This document shows, in pieces, positions 37,369 through 50,188 of a DNA stretch of 64,000 bases. Origin of the DNA: Balanoglossus misakiensis. Lineage: Eukaryota > Animalia > Hemichordata. The position numbers and the translations under genes are program-made. Under the pieces are notes generated by a model. The model did no database searches. It had not been told where the DNA came from and saw only the letters and a program-made list of their open reading frames with translations. Within the stretch, counting starts at the first letter, position 1. Every line of letters begins with the position of its first letter. The stretch covers positions 3,454,831 through 3,518,830 of the forward strand of contig CM082578.2 in assembly GCA_040954595.2 (NCBI GenBank), written 5' to 3'.

Positions 37369-38412
37369 ATGGTAAGTCTACATTCACAAAAGAATAATAA
37401 TTTGAACACGTTTAATTAGGTAAAATAGGTCGGAATGTTTGACGTTCTGATAACTGCCGTCATAAAATTTTTTGATATGTCTGAAAGGAGAACAGCGAAT
37501 ACTTCAAAGTGGCCGTAGCCGAAGCATCATGGCTTCAACTCTGGCTATTTTAACGATAAACGTATCAGAGTACAATGAGCGGTGAGACCTTCCATATTAG
37601 GTGTGTTTACAATAAAAAATACGGGACGGACCGTCTAAGAATACACCTGTTTTCTATCTCAGACATTTCGACGATTTATCGTCACAGCAGTGGTTTTACT
37701 GTCGCTACAAGCAAGCGGCTCCTTGCTAGAAAGAAACGATGGCGCCAATCAGAATGCCGCTTGTCACGGCGAAAACTGTCAGATCTCAACATCTCAGCAT
37801 TATAAGAAATATTTTATCATCACGTATTATGCTGTCTGAAACTCTCAATTATCAAATAATATATTTGCTATACCACAGACGCTTCGTATGTAGCTGTATG
37901 TACTGTACACGAATATGTAGAAAAGTGTGAAAAGTATAAGAAACTACAACATATAACGCTTTTCAACTGCTCTCCATAACATCATTTCCATTTTGTTAAC
38001 ACATAGGGCTCTGGAGACGGGAGCTAGTCGAATTGTACTTGTGGTAATTGTGATTTGATAGAGTATGTCAATGGAATTGCTGCATGGCATTGTAGCGTAT
38101 GTACATTGGGAACTATAAATATATTCTGTAGTAGCCTGGGGGTCTACTTTTCACCTGAAATTACCCGATTCTAAACGTAGGTCGATCGACACTTAGGAAA
38201 TGTCCCAACGCCTTTGAAAAATCTTCACAAGCAACAGAGCAACGGTAAATGATACTGAATACTATTCCACATGTCCCAAGGTCCCATTCAAAGGTCCCTT
38301 CTCCTGGGTTCCGTTTCAACCGGCTACCACGTCCATATCTGATGGCGCGTGTATTGAGGATGTCCCTCACTTCGGCGAAATGATCTTCCATTGCAATTTC
38401 CACGTTGTGTAA
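37369..38412 (+). pseudogene. Divergent Cys-rich family copy 6 (pseudogene)
   Basis: ATG|gtaag at 37369; exon 2 from 37663 (TFRRFIVTAVVLLSLQASG...CHGENC) truncated by deletion; exon 3 38007-38096 with TAG at 38025; exon 4 remnant FKGPFSWVPFQP...CIEDVPHFGEMIFHCNFHVV* ending 38412. Confidence 0.82.
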
Positions 38413-39528
38413 TTTTGTTCTGTAGTCTATTAACAAACAGATCCATTCTCATACAAAACCAAGACAAGAAGTTATCTCTTGGTCTTCTGTTCCTATACTA
38501 GATTCATAATTATTTTTAAGAAGATGACGTATTGTAACACCAGCAAAACTTTGGGTCAACATTAACTGCGGGTAAATATTACAATTTGGTGAAATGTATA
38601 AAGGGGATTACAACCAAAAATGTATTCCTGAGACCCAGAATAAAGTCTGATTTAGCCTCCATATGTTGAGTTCTCGTCTCCAGTTACAAAAGCATTACCT
38701 CTCAGCAACGGACTAAGTGTATTCCACACAAACAAACTCTTCCTAAATTTGGTCCGTAACAATATTCACTTTGTGATTTTGCATTTATACTATGACACCG
38801 CAGTCACAGTATAAAGTAACAGAAGATTTCTCACTCTATGAAAATTAATTCAGGCGTTTATCTGTAGATGTGAAAGTATTTCTGCAGTACTGGATACATT
38901 TAAATATTGTCTCCTTAACTACAGTTCGGCCTAAGAGTGTAATAAAAAGCTTGTATCGGGCGTGCACAAATATACTGGTAGTAGCGTACAGGCATTTGCG
39001 TTTATACTATCGTATGTGAGTTTTTTTATAGAAGTACAAAAAACAATCGTGTATATGCTGTGCACACTAACGCTAATTATAGCCGTATAATACGTCTGTA
39101 AAACGGCAGGATATCCTGAACATATACAGAAGAAACTCACTCACTCACAAACTCACTCACTCATAGCCCACGTAACGTTCCGCTACGATGCTACCGGACA
39201 TCGTACACTGAGGCGCACCCAACGGTTTGGCTGAGGTGGATGGTTTAGGTGGAACTATAGGCTCAGCGTTGCCATATATAACTGACCGAATATTTAAGTT
39301 TTAAAACCGAGTTTGTATTTTTGTCTGGTCTATTTATAAAATCTAATCATAGTCTCAAATGTTCCCCTGTTGGCCGCTATATGTTTTTGCTGTGTGCACA
39401 ATGTATTATTGGGGGGGGAGGGGAGATGAGCTTTGGGAAATCATGATAGACACATACCATACAGTACCCGCTTGAAAACACTTGTTCGCTGTACAGCGGA
39501 AACACACAAGCTTCAACAAGTGTTGATC

Positions 39529-42500
39529 GTGGTTAATTTATGCAAATGACGAGAGGTGTAAAGATAAACTCTTATTGTGCGGCATCGACATTGGAGGAAT
39601 CCACATTGTATTGAACCTGTACAGTCCCCCACAGGGTGATAAAACGAGAATTTCAATACACGATGTGCCATTTCACGTGACGAATGCGACGGTTGATGCA
39701 TTTCTCAGTCAGTATTGTGAACAGAAGGAAGCTGTTGTCCGGTGCACGGTCACAGATCCACCGGACGGAGCAAAATACTACAACGGCAATCGGTTCTGTT
39801 ACGTGACATCAGTCAAGAAACCAATCCCAAACTTTGTACAGATGGAGACGGAGACTCAGGACGGTGTGAAAATTTCTTATCCCATTAGAATTTTCTATAC
39901 CGGTCAACCAACCGAATGTCGACACTGCAAGGGTGAAGACCACCAAACACGGCACTGCCCGAATCGTCCACCAATGAAATGTTACAACTGCCAACAAAGC
40001 GGTCACAGGGGACGTCTCTGTCCAAAAGGCAAGCAATGCTACAATAATTGTAAAGACTTTGGTCACATTGCGGCGAAGTGCCCGAAAACCGCTGAAAACG
40101 AAAAAGCGGTCGACAAGTTTGTGGAAAGTTATTCTAAGCGTGTCAGAGAAGCAGAAAAAATTATCGACATGGCTATTGAAGACATTACGCAGTCAACAAC
40201 GAATCTTGTGACGACAAATGCGGTAGTTCACGCCAATCCAGAGAAAGAGACGACGGCAAAGAAAGATGGCGACGAGCGGGAGATTTATCAGTGTAAAATT
40301 AGATTTAGAGGGATCTTCCCTCCGTCTTTTCAATATTTATGCTCCGAACAGTACTTCTGCCAAATTTTCTTGTTTTGCTTGCCTTTGTAATTTTGTTAAT
40401 CAAGTGATGTTAGATGGCGACCACATTGTAATTTGTGGCGATTTCAATACGATTTTGGATCCAAAGTTAGACAAATTTTCTAGTTGTGACAAAGACAATG
40501 ACTGCGTTGATGCCAAAGTAAGGCGTTCTTTAAAAAATATTTTGCAATTGTATGATTTGTGCGACATTTGGCGTAAGTTTCATCCTTATGTTAAGCAATA
40601 TACCTGGCGGCGGAGAAGGCCTATAACACAAAGCCGTCTCGATTTTTTTCTTGTGTCAAATGGAATTAACAAAAGTGCTACTCTGTGTGAAATCATTCCT
40701 GCAAGTTATAGTGATCACATGGCTGTTGTGCTTTCCTTTGTTTATTGTAAGCATGAGAAAGGTCCAGGTTACTGGAAATTTAACAACAGTCTGTTAGAAG
40801 ATAATGTTTATTTGAATAAGCTGGTTGTTTATATTGAGAATTGTGCAAAAAAATATAGCCATGTGGCTTGTAAACAAACGAAATGGGATTTATACAAGAA
40901 AGCGTTAAAGCAGTTTACAGTTACATACAGCATTCAGAAAAACCGACAGCAACTGAGTAAGAAACAAGATCTTGAAGATCTGTTAAAGCAGAGCGAGAAA
41001 TTGTTGTGTAATTTCCCATCAGATGAAAATTATGGGGCATTTCAGAAAACTTACTCTGACCTCAATAGTATTTTAAGTAAAGAGGCAGAGGGTTGTCAAA
41101 TCAGAGCAAGAGCCCGATGGGTGGACTAGGGGGAAAAACACAAAGTATTTCCTTGGCCTAGAAAAAAGGAACGCCACAAAGAAAAATGTTGTTAAACTCA
41201 TGACAAAAGAAGGGAAGGTGGTCACTGACCTCGATGATATTTTGAAAGAAGAAGTCAATTTCTATGTAGATTTGTACAGTAAAAAGCAGACGTCGCTCAG
41301 CTTGGATGATTTCATCAGTAATGCTAGTTTACCCAATTTAAGTCAGACAGACAGAAATAGTTGTGAAGGATTGATCTCCGATGAAGAGTGTTGCCGGGTG
41401 TTACGTAAAATGAAAAAGAACAAGTCCCCCGGTTATGATGGTTTTACCATTGAATTTTATTGTGCCTGCTGGCCGTTAGTGGGGAATTTGATTATTGATT
41501 CTTTTAACAGTGCTTTTCAGAATGGCAGTTTGTCAATCTCTCAACAGAGAGGTGTTATCACATTATTACATAAGAAAAACGAGCCCGAGCTTTTAAAAAA
41601 CTGGAGACCGGTGTCATTATTATGCACTGATTACAAAATTTTAACCCAGGTTTTATCTGACAGAGTGTCAAAAGTTATTTCTAGCATTGTAAATACTGAT
41701 CAGGTGGGTTACATCAGAGGGAGATTTGTGGGTGAAACTGTACGTTTAATTGAAGACATGTATCATTACACCGCCAAGCACAATATTCCCGGTGCTGTTC
41801 TGTATGTTGATTTTGAAAAAGCGTTTGATTGCATTAACTGGGAATTCATGCATCAGGCGCTAGAAAGTTTTGGTTTTGGCCCTGAGCTGAGAAGATGGGT
41901 GAAAGTGATTTATTCTGACGTACAAAGCTGTATAATCAATAATGGGTGGATGTCGAATTTTTTCTCCTTGAAGAGAGGGGTACATGTACGCCAAGGATGC
42001 CCCCTAAGTGCGTTGCTCTTTGTTACTTGTGTGGAAGTTTTGGCATGTAAAATTCGTCAATGCCCTGATACAGAAGGTATACAATTGCCATGTCAAAATT
42101 ATAGTAGGAATGTGGTTAAAATTGCGCAGATGGCCGATGATACCACTCTATTTCTGAAAGATAAAAAGTCTATTAGAAAAGTTCTTGGTGTATTGGAAGA
42201 TTTCGAAAAGTTGTCTGGGTTGAAAGTGAACAAAGAGAAAACAGAAGGTGTTTGGCTTGGTAAAAATAGATCATGTAAGAAACATAATATGGGTTTGAAA
42301 TGGACTGATCAACCAGTTAAAGCGCTTGGAGTCTGGTTTGGATATGATCATTTGAAATGCGAGCGGTTGAATTGGGAACCAAAAGTGGCTAAATTTGAGA
42401 AAGTCTTGAATTCATGGGGCTAGAGAGATTTAACGTTTTACGGAAAAGTGTTGATAGTGAGTTCGCTTGCATTTATCACAATTATCATATCTAGCATCAA

Positions 42501-43547
42501 TGATTGATGTACCAGAGCGCGTGATTAAACAAATCGACAGGTTAATTTACAGTTTTATTTCAAAGGGTCTGGGTAAAATGGCCAGAAATGTATTAGCGGG
42601 ACCATTAAACGAAGGAGGTTGTAACATGCCCATTTTTAAATGGAAAGTGGTTGCATTCAAGTTTATGTGGATTGTGCGTTTAACAAACTGTAAAAATGCA
42701 TGTTGGAAGAACTACCCTCTTTATTTATTTGACCCATTTTCTGATTTTTCAATTCTTAGAGATGTACTTTCAAATAGTAGAATTTCAAGAGAACCTTTTG
42801 TCTCAAGATTGCCAGTCTTTTATCAACAGGTCTTAAAAGCATGGAACATTATCCCACCCCGTAAAGATACAGTCAGCACCATTTTGTGGAATTGCAAATA
42901 TAATGTTTTTATTAATCTTAAGCGAAATGTAAATTATATTGAAATTAAGAATAAGAGAGTGAAATTAATGAAATTGAAAACAAAAGATGTGTATAGATTT
43001 TTAGTAAACCGTATTGCACAACCAGCCAGCACATTGACCTGGCAGCACGAGTTCGGACAAATTATAGATTTAAAGAATGCTTGGTCATTAGCTTACAGAG
43101 TAACAAATGAGAACAAATTAAGAGCGTTTCATTGGAAATTTTTGCATAAGAAATGTATAAATAATGTAAAATTGTATCGTTGGAAAATTAGAGAAAATGC
43201 CCATTGCGTGTTTTGTAATGTAGATGACACAACTCGCCATCGCTATTTTGAGTGTACCATCGCCAAAGAAGTATGGCAAATCGTAGAAAATATTGGACAT
43301 AGGTTGTATGGCTGGCACAAGGCTTTGAGTTGGCAAAATATTGTATATGACTTTGAAAAGAACGATAACTTAGATGAGATGAACCTTTTAATTTTGATTG
43401 CTAAATGGTCTATTCACAAGTTTCACTGTATGGAATTACATAAAGCTCGTTTGTATAATCTTGTACAGAATGAACTGAAAATTCGAATGTGTAATTTATT
43501 GTAGATGTCAAATGTTTACGTGTACACAGCGTTAGATCACTCTGTAA

Positions 43548-43584
<37 letters not shown>

Positions 43585-43625
43585 CTTTTTTCCTGAAGAG
43601 ATAATAAAAGATGTTAAAAAAAAAC
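39529..43625 (+). mobile_element. Tx1/L1-group LINE, 5-prime truncated, internally deleted, decayed
   Basis: ORF1 with three CCHC knuckles; endonuclease (NIYAP, GDFN, SRLDFF, SDH, GPGYWKFN); RT (KSPGYDG, NWRPVSLL, DFEKAFD, RQGCPLS, MADD); C-terminal CxxC...HxxxxC; AATAAA plus A-tail; TSD CAAGTGTTGATC at 39517-39528 and 43626-43637; stops at 41127 and 42421 plus frameshifts. Confidence 0.95.
43548..43583. repeat. (TTG)n microsatellite in the LINE 3-prime UTR
   Basis: About 12 TTG units. Confidence 0.9.
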
Positions 43626-44375
43626 CAAGTGTTGATCATCAAATCAAAAGGTATCATGCCTACCTTTGCTGCCAATTAAATGTCGTTCATCATGGAGTAA
43701 CGATTTATGGGTCACATCTCCCTCCAGATAGTTGGCAATATCCTCAACAATGTCAGCGTATGCAGTGCTGCTATGCCGCACGGACCGAGCAAATATGTAG
43801 TTTCTGTAATGTTAATGAATTATCATTATGCAACATTAACAGAGGGTTGTTTCTTTCTCTTAATATGCGATATTTCGTCTATGCTTACATATTGTTTTTC
43901 AGGAACACACTGAAGTTGAGCGGTGGTGGGCTTTGCTCGTATTAGGAAACTTTCTAATGATCTTGTCTTGAGTAACTAACATTGCATCAAAACCAATGAA
44001 AACTCACAAAAGAAGCAAACATCGGTTTTACTATGCACTGCATATATTTTTTCATGTATACGACAACATCATTTGATGTTGAAAATCACTTTGTTTGCAT
44101 TCCCAATGCTCAGGTAACTTGGGAAAACAAAATAATGCATTTCTGGCGCTATTTACAACCATGGGCAAAGGATGAGACAAAGGTCAAAAGAATAGACGTG
44201 CGTGGGTCTTCATGTATTTTTAATATACAATGCAGATTCTTATATTATGCAAAATAAACTCTTGCAAAATCAATTAAATCCATATCATGACGCTTAACAA
44301 TGAAAACTATCAAGTACATGTCCCCTATCTGGCAATATGAAATCCTTGTTTTGTAATTTAAAATGTTGATTCGGT

Positions 44376-44533
44376 ATTATTCCAGCAGCGATGCAGGTCA
44401 TGCTCATTGTAACACCTATGACTGACGTTAGAAAGGCCACTTTCACTTCAGCTATGCCCATTCTGACGGCTTTATACACTAAATGGGTCAGGACAATACT
44501 TTGTCCTATTAATACCAAGAATATGTAAAGCAT
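44376..44533 (-). pseudogene. 158-bp duplicated fragment of the SLC16 pseudogene
   Basis: Near-identical to 49653-49810 in the same orientation; abuts a Harbinger-like TIR at 44536. Confidence 0.9.
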
Positions 44534-44535
44534 GA

Positions 44536-44960
44536 GGGACTGTCCAGAATTTACTTCCAGGGGGGGGGGGCACCCATTTTTCCCAAGAAAATTTAGGGGG
44601 GGGGGGCAGACATAAAAATCACAATCCTTTAGGGGGGGTCATGTAAAAAACCCTCACAAACTCAATATTTGCCCAGAAGTACTGATTTATAAGAAACAAA
44701 CCACCATGGCTACCTGGATGACAGATGAACTCCACAAGTGTATTAAATAAATCTTCATAAGCTGGCATTTCCGGTAATTTTTACGGTGGTTTATTTTGTA
44801 TATCTACAACAGTTTCTTGTTCTACTACTCTGTGAAGCATAATAAAATGTCCAACTTATTTGGCCTGCCAGCACAGACCATATATGTACAATGAACAGTC
44901 AGTGTTGTTACTGTTGATAACTGAGCTCAATTCAAATCCAGACAAGTTTAAAGAATTAGA
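44536..44960. mobile_element. Truncated Harbinger-like non-autonomous element (same family as 60841-63425)
   Basis: GGGACTGTCCAGAATTTACTTCCAGGGG end and ~400 bp matching 60841-61265. Confidence 0.8.
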
Positions 44961-45029
44961 CTTTTTTGACAATCTATTTACTTTTCTATGACAAAAGATA
45001 CCAGCAGCTAGTGATAAATTAATTCTACA

Positions 45030-48000
45030 TTTTTAGCTCACGTGAAAATCACGTGAGCTTATGGTTTAGCGATGTCTGTGTGTGTGTGTGTGTGGCTGTC
45101 TGCATACCCGATATCTCAAGAACCGCTGAACCGATTTCAACCAAATTTAGTACACAGGTTCAGATATCATATGCAAGAACTGAAAAGGTTTTGGTGGGTG
45201 TGGCTTTGATATTAATGAAGTTATTAAAGTTTTAATTTTTCTATTACATGGTTGTCTATGAGAGCTTTCGTTTAAGGTGGCATTGCATGAAAAGTTGTGA
45301 TTTTTGCCAAATTTTACTTTTTTACATAAATCGGTAGGCCTAATACTGACCCACACCCTGACCAATACGTCTTGGCGGAAATGCTGCATAATCACCCCAA
45401 AATAGCACTTTTCTGAATGAGTTCACAGCTTAACAAATAGGTGTCAACAATGCAAATGGCCGTTTTCTCAGTTTGCATTTTCGCTGCTCTTGACAACTTT
45501 TGACGAAAATAGCTTCGCTCTGCGTTGGCCGAATTTGCTCAAATTTTAACTGGGGATTGCGTATGACCCATCCAACAAAACGTTATTTTTGTTAGTCGAT
45601 AAAGTGTCCCTGGCGGGAATAAACTCTGATTCAATACAACTCACCGTGAATTTAATCAAATTTTACTAAAAATCTAACTTTCAAACGCTGTTACTCCTCA
45701 ATGGAAGCAGATAACGCAAAACAAAATTACCTTTTTTTGCACGTGTACTCTAGTTTCGAATGACATATTAAGATGCATGATGCATGGTCAACTTTTTTAC
45801 CTATTTTAAATTTCATGACATAATATCAAAAAATGATTTTTCACCCAAAATCGCCACCATTTCCGGGGATCAATAATATTTGCAACTCAAACAAAAGTTT
45901 GAAATCTCAGCTTCCAGAATATATATGGTTTATGGGGGGTTTTAACGTTGTCTTTGATGAGAAATAGGCCTCTGAAAAAGTCTCGACGGTTTCATGCAAT
46001 GCCACCTTAATGCCGCATATATGACCAGTGGAAACGATAGTTTGAGGAGATCGACTGTTTGAGGGCGCTGTGAAATGAGAAAGTCCAGTTTGGCTGTAGC
46101 TTGGGCTGTAGCTGTGTAATAGTATATAGCTCTGTGCTCAGACAGTGTACTCGTCGTTACAGTTACACAGTTTCAGGATCTACATGTAAATGGCAAGAAC
46201 TGGAAAGGTTTTGGTAGGTGTGGCTTGGATAGTAATGAAATTATCAAATTTTTAATTTGTGAAATGAGACATTCCTGGCGATATTGCCGTGGTTCTCAGA
46301 CGCTGTACCCGTCGTTACGAATAACTTCCCTACGTGAATCCACAAGGAAGCTAACGTTGTTTAGTTGCTTCATAGAGCGTAAATTGTTAATCTACAGGAC
46401 CGTCAGACGAAGTCAGGTATGTGTTTTACTCTTTTCAAATGAAGTTTGAAACTACTTACGAGTAAGTTAGTGGAGACAATATGGCGGATAGTTGGCGTGC
46501 AGCCGAATCCGCGTTATGACTATGACGTGACCCATTCATCAAGACAAACCGTAAATGATTCACGCATATTGTGGTCCTCACGCAGTCAATCTCAAAATGT
46601 CACCAGGCTTTCTATTTGTCTATTGTTCAGAGAAAAATAACATGGCGGTTGATCACACTCAACAGTAAAATCCGTTTTGTGTGTTTATAGACAGTCTGTT
46701 ATCGCCAATACTATATAGCGATTGCTAGATGGCCTACCCAATATGTGATCGAGCGAGAATGATAACATTGAATGTCTGTTCAGATCTCATTCCGTACGTC
46801 ATACGTCAACATTTCGATTTCGATTTAATCCATTCATAAAGAATTTAGAGAAAGTCGTCTTGAATTGTGACCCCGACTATCAATTTTACGATGATTTTTT
46901 GGCGACGGAATACACGAGACGCCATTGCATAACTACGTCAGCTGGACTTCCAAGGTTACCATTTTGTGTGTATGGAATCTTATCACAGAGACTACGTACT
47001 TTGACAATATGCCATGCTATATCAATGACGCCCCAGAAAATGTGTCGAAAAATGAATTTGTCTTCTCATGGTGGTGCAATATATTTTAATTAATGTCTAT
47101 TTTGAGGTTGATTTTGGTTTTTGGCTAACATGTATATCAATGTCAGCTTATAGCATAAGTTGGTGTCCGTCGTCTATGTATGTCTGTATGTGTGCCTCAT
47201 ACAGAATAATGTATTTTGTGAATGGATCAGTTTTCGTCTAAATGTATTGATGTATGTATGTGTATGTCCATCAACATCAACAACTTGAAACTACTGATAT
47301 TTAGTGTGTACATAGAAATTGTTATTGCGAAAAAATGCATACTGGTATTAACTGGAAAAATGTTCAAATAGTCAAAATTGAAAAACTTAATAACAGCGGA
47401 TCAGATTCAGTTAAAAATTGGCGTGCATTGGTGTGCAAGTACTTTGGGAAGACCTCGTATGATTTTGTTCATGTGGAGTCAGTATCTGGCGTTTGCTATT
47501 TTTTATGAATTTTTGGGGGAATTTTCTGCAGTTTTGTTTAAAAAAATTCTTCTCTGAAATTACATGTCCAATTGATTGGAAACTTGGTATGGAGGTTCAT
47601 AGGGCTTACCTGAATCACATTTGTGCAAACGGTGGTGAAATTTGCAAAAATGCATTTTTGGGCAATTTTTGGGCAATATTTTGTCAAAAAATCAAATCCT
47701 GTGAAACTGTAAGTGCAATTGTTTTGATACTTTGTTTTGGGTTTCTAGGGGTGATCTCAGTCAGATATGATCAAATTGTAATGAAATTTGCATAATTGTA
47801 TTTTTTGGGAATTTCTGCAGGGTTTGGCCAAATAGTCTTCAGTAAAACCACAAGTCCAATTGATTGGAAACTTTGAATGGGAATTCATATACATGTATGT
47901 GATATCAGTCAGATTTGTCTGAATTTCCTGTTGTTTGCCAAAATGTCTTCCTTATTGAAACTTGTTAAAGAGGTTCTTAGGCATGAACAGAAATCAAGAC

Positions 48001-48410
48001 CTGATGTAAACTCAGAATTGAAAAGAAATGTTTTCATTCAAATATTGTCGAAATATCAATATGTGTGATAGTGTACTTTTCTATCCTGGTTATGGTTTAA
48101 ATATGGAGTTGTCACAATAATGAAATAATAAGAGGCACTGATCAGTATTCAACAATTAGGTTACAAGGGGGAGTGCAGGGGTTTCAAGCTAAACTTATTT
48201 TTTGTTATTTGACATCGTCCCTAACCCCTTACAAAAATTGACAAGGCAACAATTCCACAAACATGTTTACATTTCACAATGGTGCAACACACAACCCTTA
48301 CACCATATACACTATAAACCAAAATGGTTTAACACTGGTTTTTCTAATCTTGTTATTCTGTCAACCAATCACAGTACTGCACGTGAGCATATTCAGTTAA
48401 TATCTGGTTT
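45030..48410 (+). mobile_element. Large Helentron-associated (HINE-like) composite element
   Basis: TTTTTAGCTCACGTGAAAATCACGTGAGCT, microsatellite, degenerate internal repeats, 3-prime CACGTGAGCA near 48380; contains nested insertions. Confidence 0.5.
45276..46006. mobile_element. TTAA-flanked non-autonomous element (Kolobok-like); inverted copy 59555-60287
   Basis: TTAA|GGTGGCATTGCATGAAA...TTTCATGCAATGCCACC|TTAA. Confidence 0.9.
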
Positions 48411-49483
48411 AGAATAAATCATAGTACGCCTAAAGTATTTTGTGGAGTGACTGTGAATAAAGTAAGACATAATAAATCACATTTAATTTACTTGCTAAAA
48501 TAGTGGTACCCAGGTAAGAATCCAGATTTAAAGCCCTACTAGCCGAACTCTAGTTAACTCTTAAGATTTGTTGACCTCAAAGTGTTTGTCGACGTCGATT
48601 TCTTTTCTATTTTGTTCAAAAGTGCACAATGTATAGTCAAGAATTCTGATTCCTACAAACTAAAATAATACACAATGTTTATTTTTAAAATGTCTTTTTG
48701 TTCTTCAGTCTGAATCGTGCTTGTCTACAGTTTTTGTGAGGCTCAACACAGTCGAATTTGCAATTTCTGTCTCATTGAAAATATATTAATGGCACCCTGC
48801 TTTCTGGTAATATTAAATTTAAAGAGACATTAGCTTTAACTTTTGTCAATTTTTATCTGTATGTTTTAGTCTTCTGTGTCAAGTGCACTTTCTTGGTCTA
48901 CTCCTCAGAGTATGTTCATGTGTAACAGCAAATATTCTGCCAGTGATGTACCTAATGTTTTGATTATAGTACAAACACATAAAATTATATTGTTTTGTGC
49001 CAGCCAAAATTGTTTTAAAAAATTTTTTTAAACCATAAAATTGTGCATGACTACATTATTTTTTAATTTACCCATTGAAAAACAAGAAACATTTTATCTG
49101 TGTTTTTGCCAAAACTTGCAGAATATTTTGAAAATACTGTACAGGACACAACCTCATGTTTGATTTGAATTTTCTAAAAAAAATACTTGATTGTTGATTG
49201 TAAAAAGGAGAAAGTAAAATGTGAAATTGTTAAACAATTTACTACAATGTTCAGAATACTAGCAACAAACGCCAAACTAGCAACACCGTTTTTCTTTGCT
49301 GGGCCCGACACGTTATCTCTAAAATTGTAACAACGTCACAATTTAGTAGACAAAGAGGCGCCCCCCCCCCCCCCATCCCAATTGCGCAGTTGAAGTACGT
49401 GCGTGTTGAGAGAGACGTGTCGACTCGAACTCGGACGACGAGAGTTGTTTAGCGTGTCGAACACTGCTCTACGAAGCTCGTAG

Positions 49484-50156
49484 TTACCTTCTGACCGGGA
49501 CATGACCACGCAGTACCCCAATGATGACAACTGCTGTCATCAGCAGCGTGTATGTGTTGGCAGCCGGAAGCATAAGAGCAGTAATCCCATAGACAGTGTG
49601 GCACAAGCAATGCATGTATAGGCGGTTTTCGGCTATACCGGCACAATCGATGATTATTCCAGCAGCGATGCAGGTCATGCTCATTGCAACACCTATGACT
49701 GACATTAGAAAGGCCACTTTCACTTCAGCTATGCCCATTCTGACGGCTTTATCCACTAAATGGGTCAGGACAATACTTTGTCCCATTAATACCAAGAATA
49801 TGTAAAGCATTAGTAGTCGTATCCGTGGAATATCTTTACATAAAGTAAACAAGAAACATTGCATCCAATTTGTCTTTGCTGCTCCGGTCGGTGACTTTGC
49901 TATGTTTACTTTCATGTTTGGAGGGCATTGGTCATGTTCATCACTCAAGTTGGTGTTTCTGGTTGTAGTTTCGCGGCACTGAATACTAACACTTTCCCGG
50001 AGTGGTATCGCTGACTGAGTTTCTCTTCTTCTATGAAATTTTAATTTGACATTGGCGCACGTACTCTTGCTACTTGAATTACGATGATTTATTTCATTTC
50101 CACCATCACAACCACCATCCTTACCAACGTCGCCATCCTCCTCCTCCTCCTCCTCC

Positions 50157-50188
<32 letters not shown>

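Noticed and set aside
43505-43945. 146-aa ORF with signal-like poly-Leu
   Set aside because: Runs through the (TTG)n microsatellite, the LINE A-tail and the TSD; chance ORF
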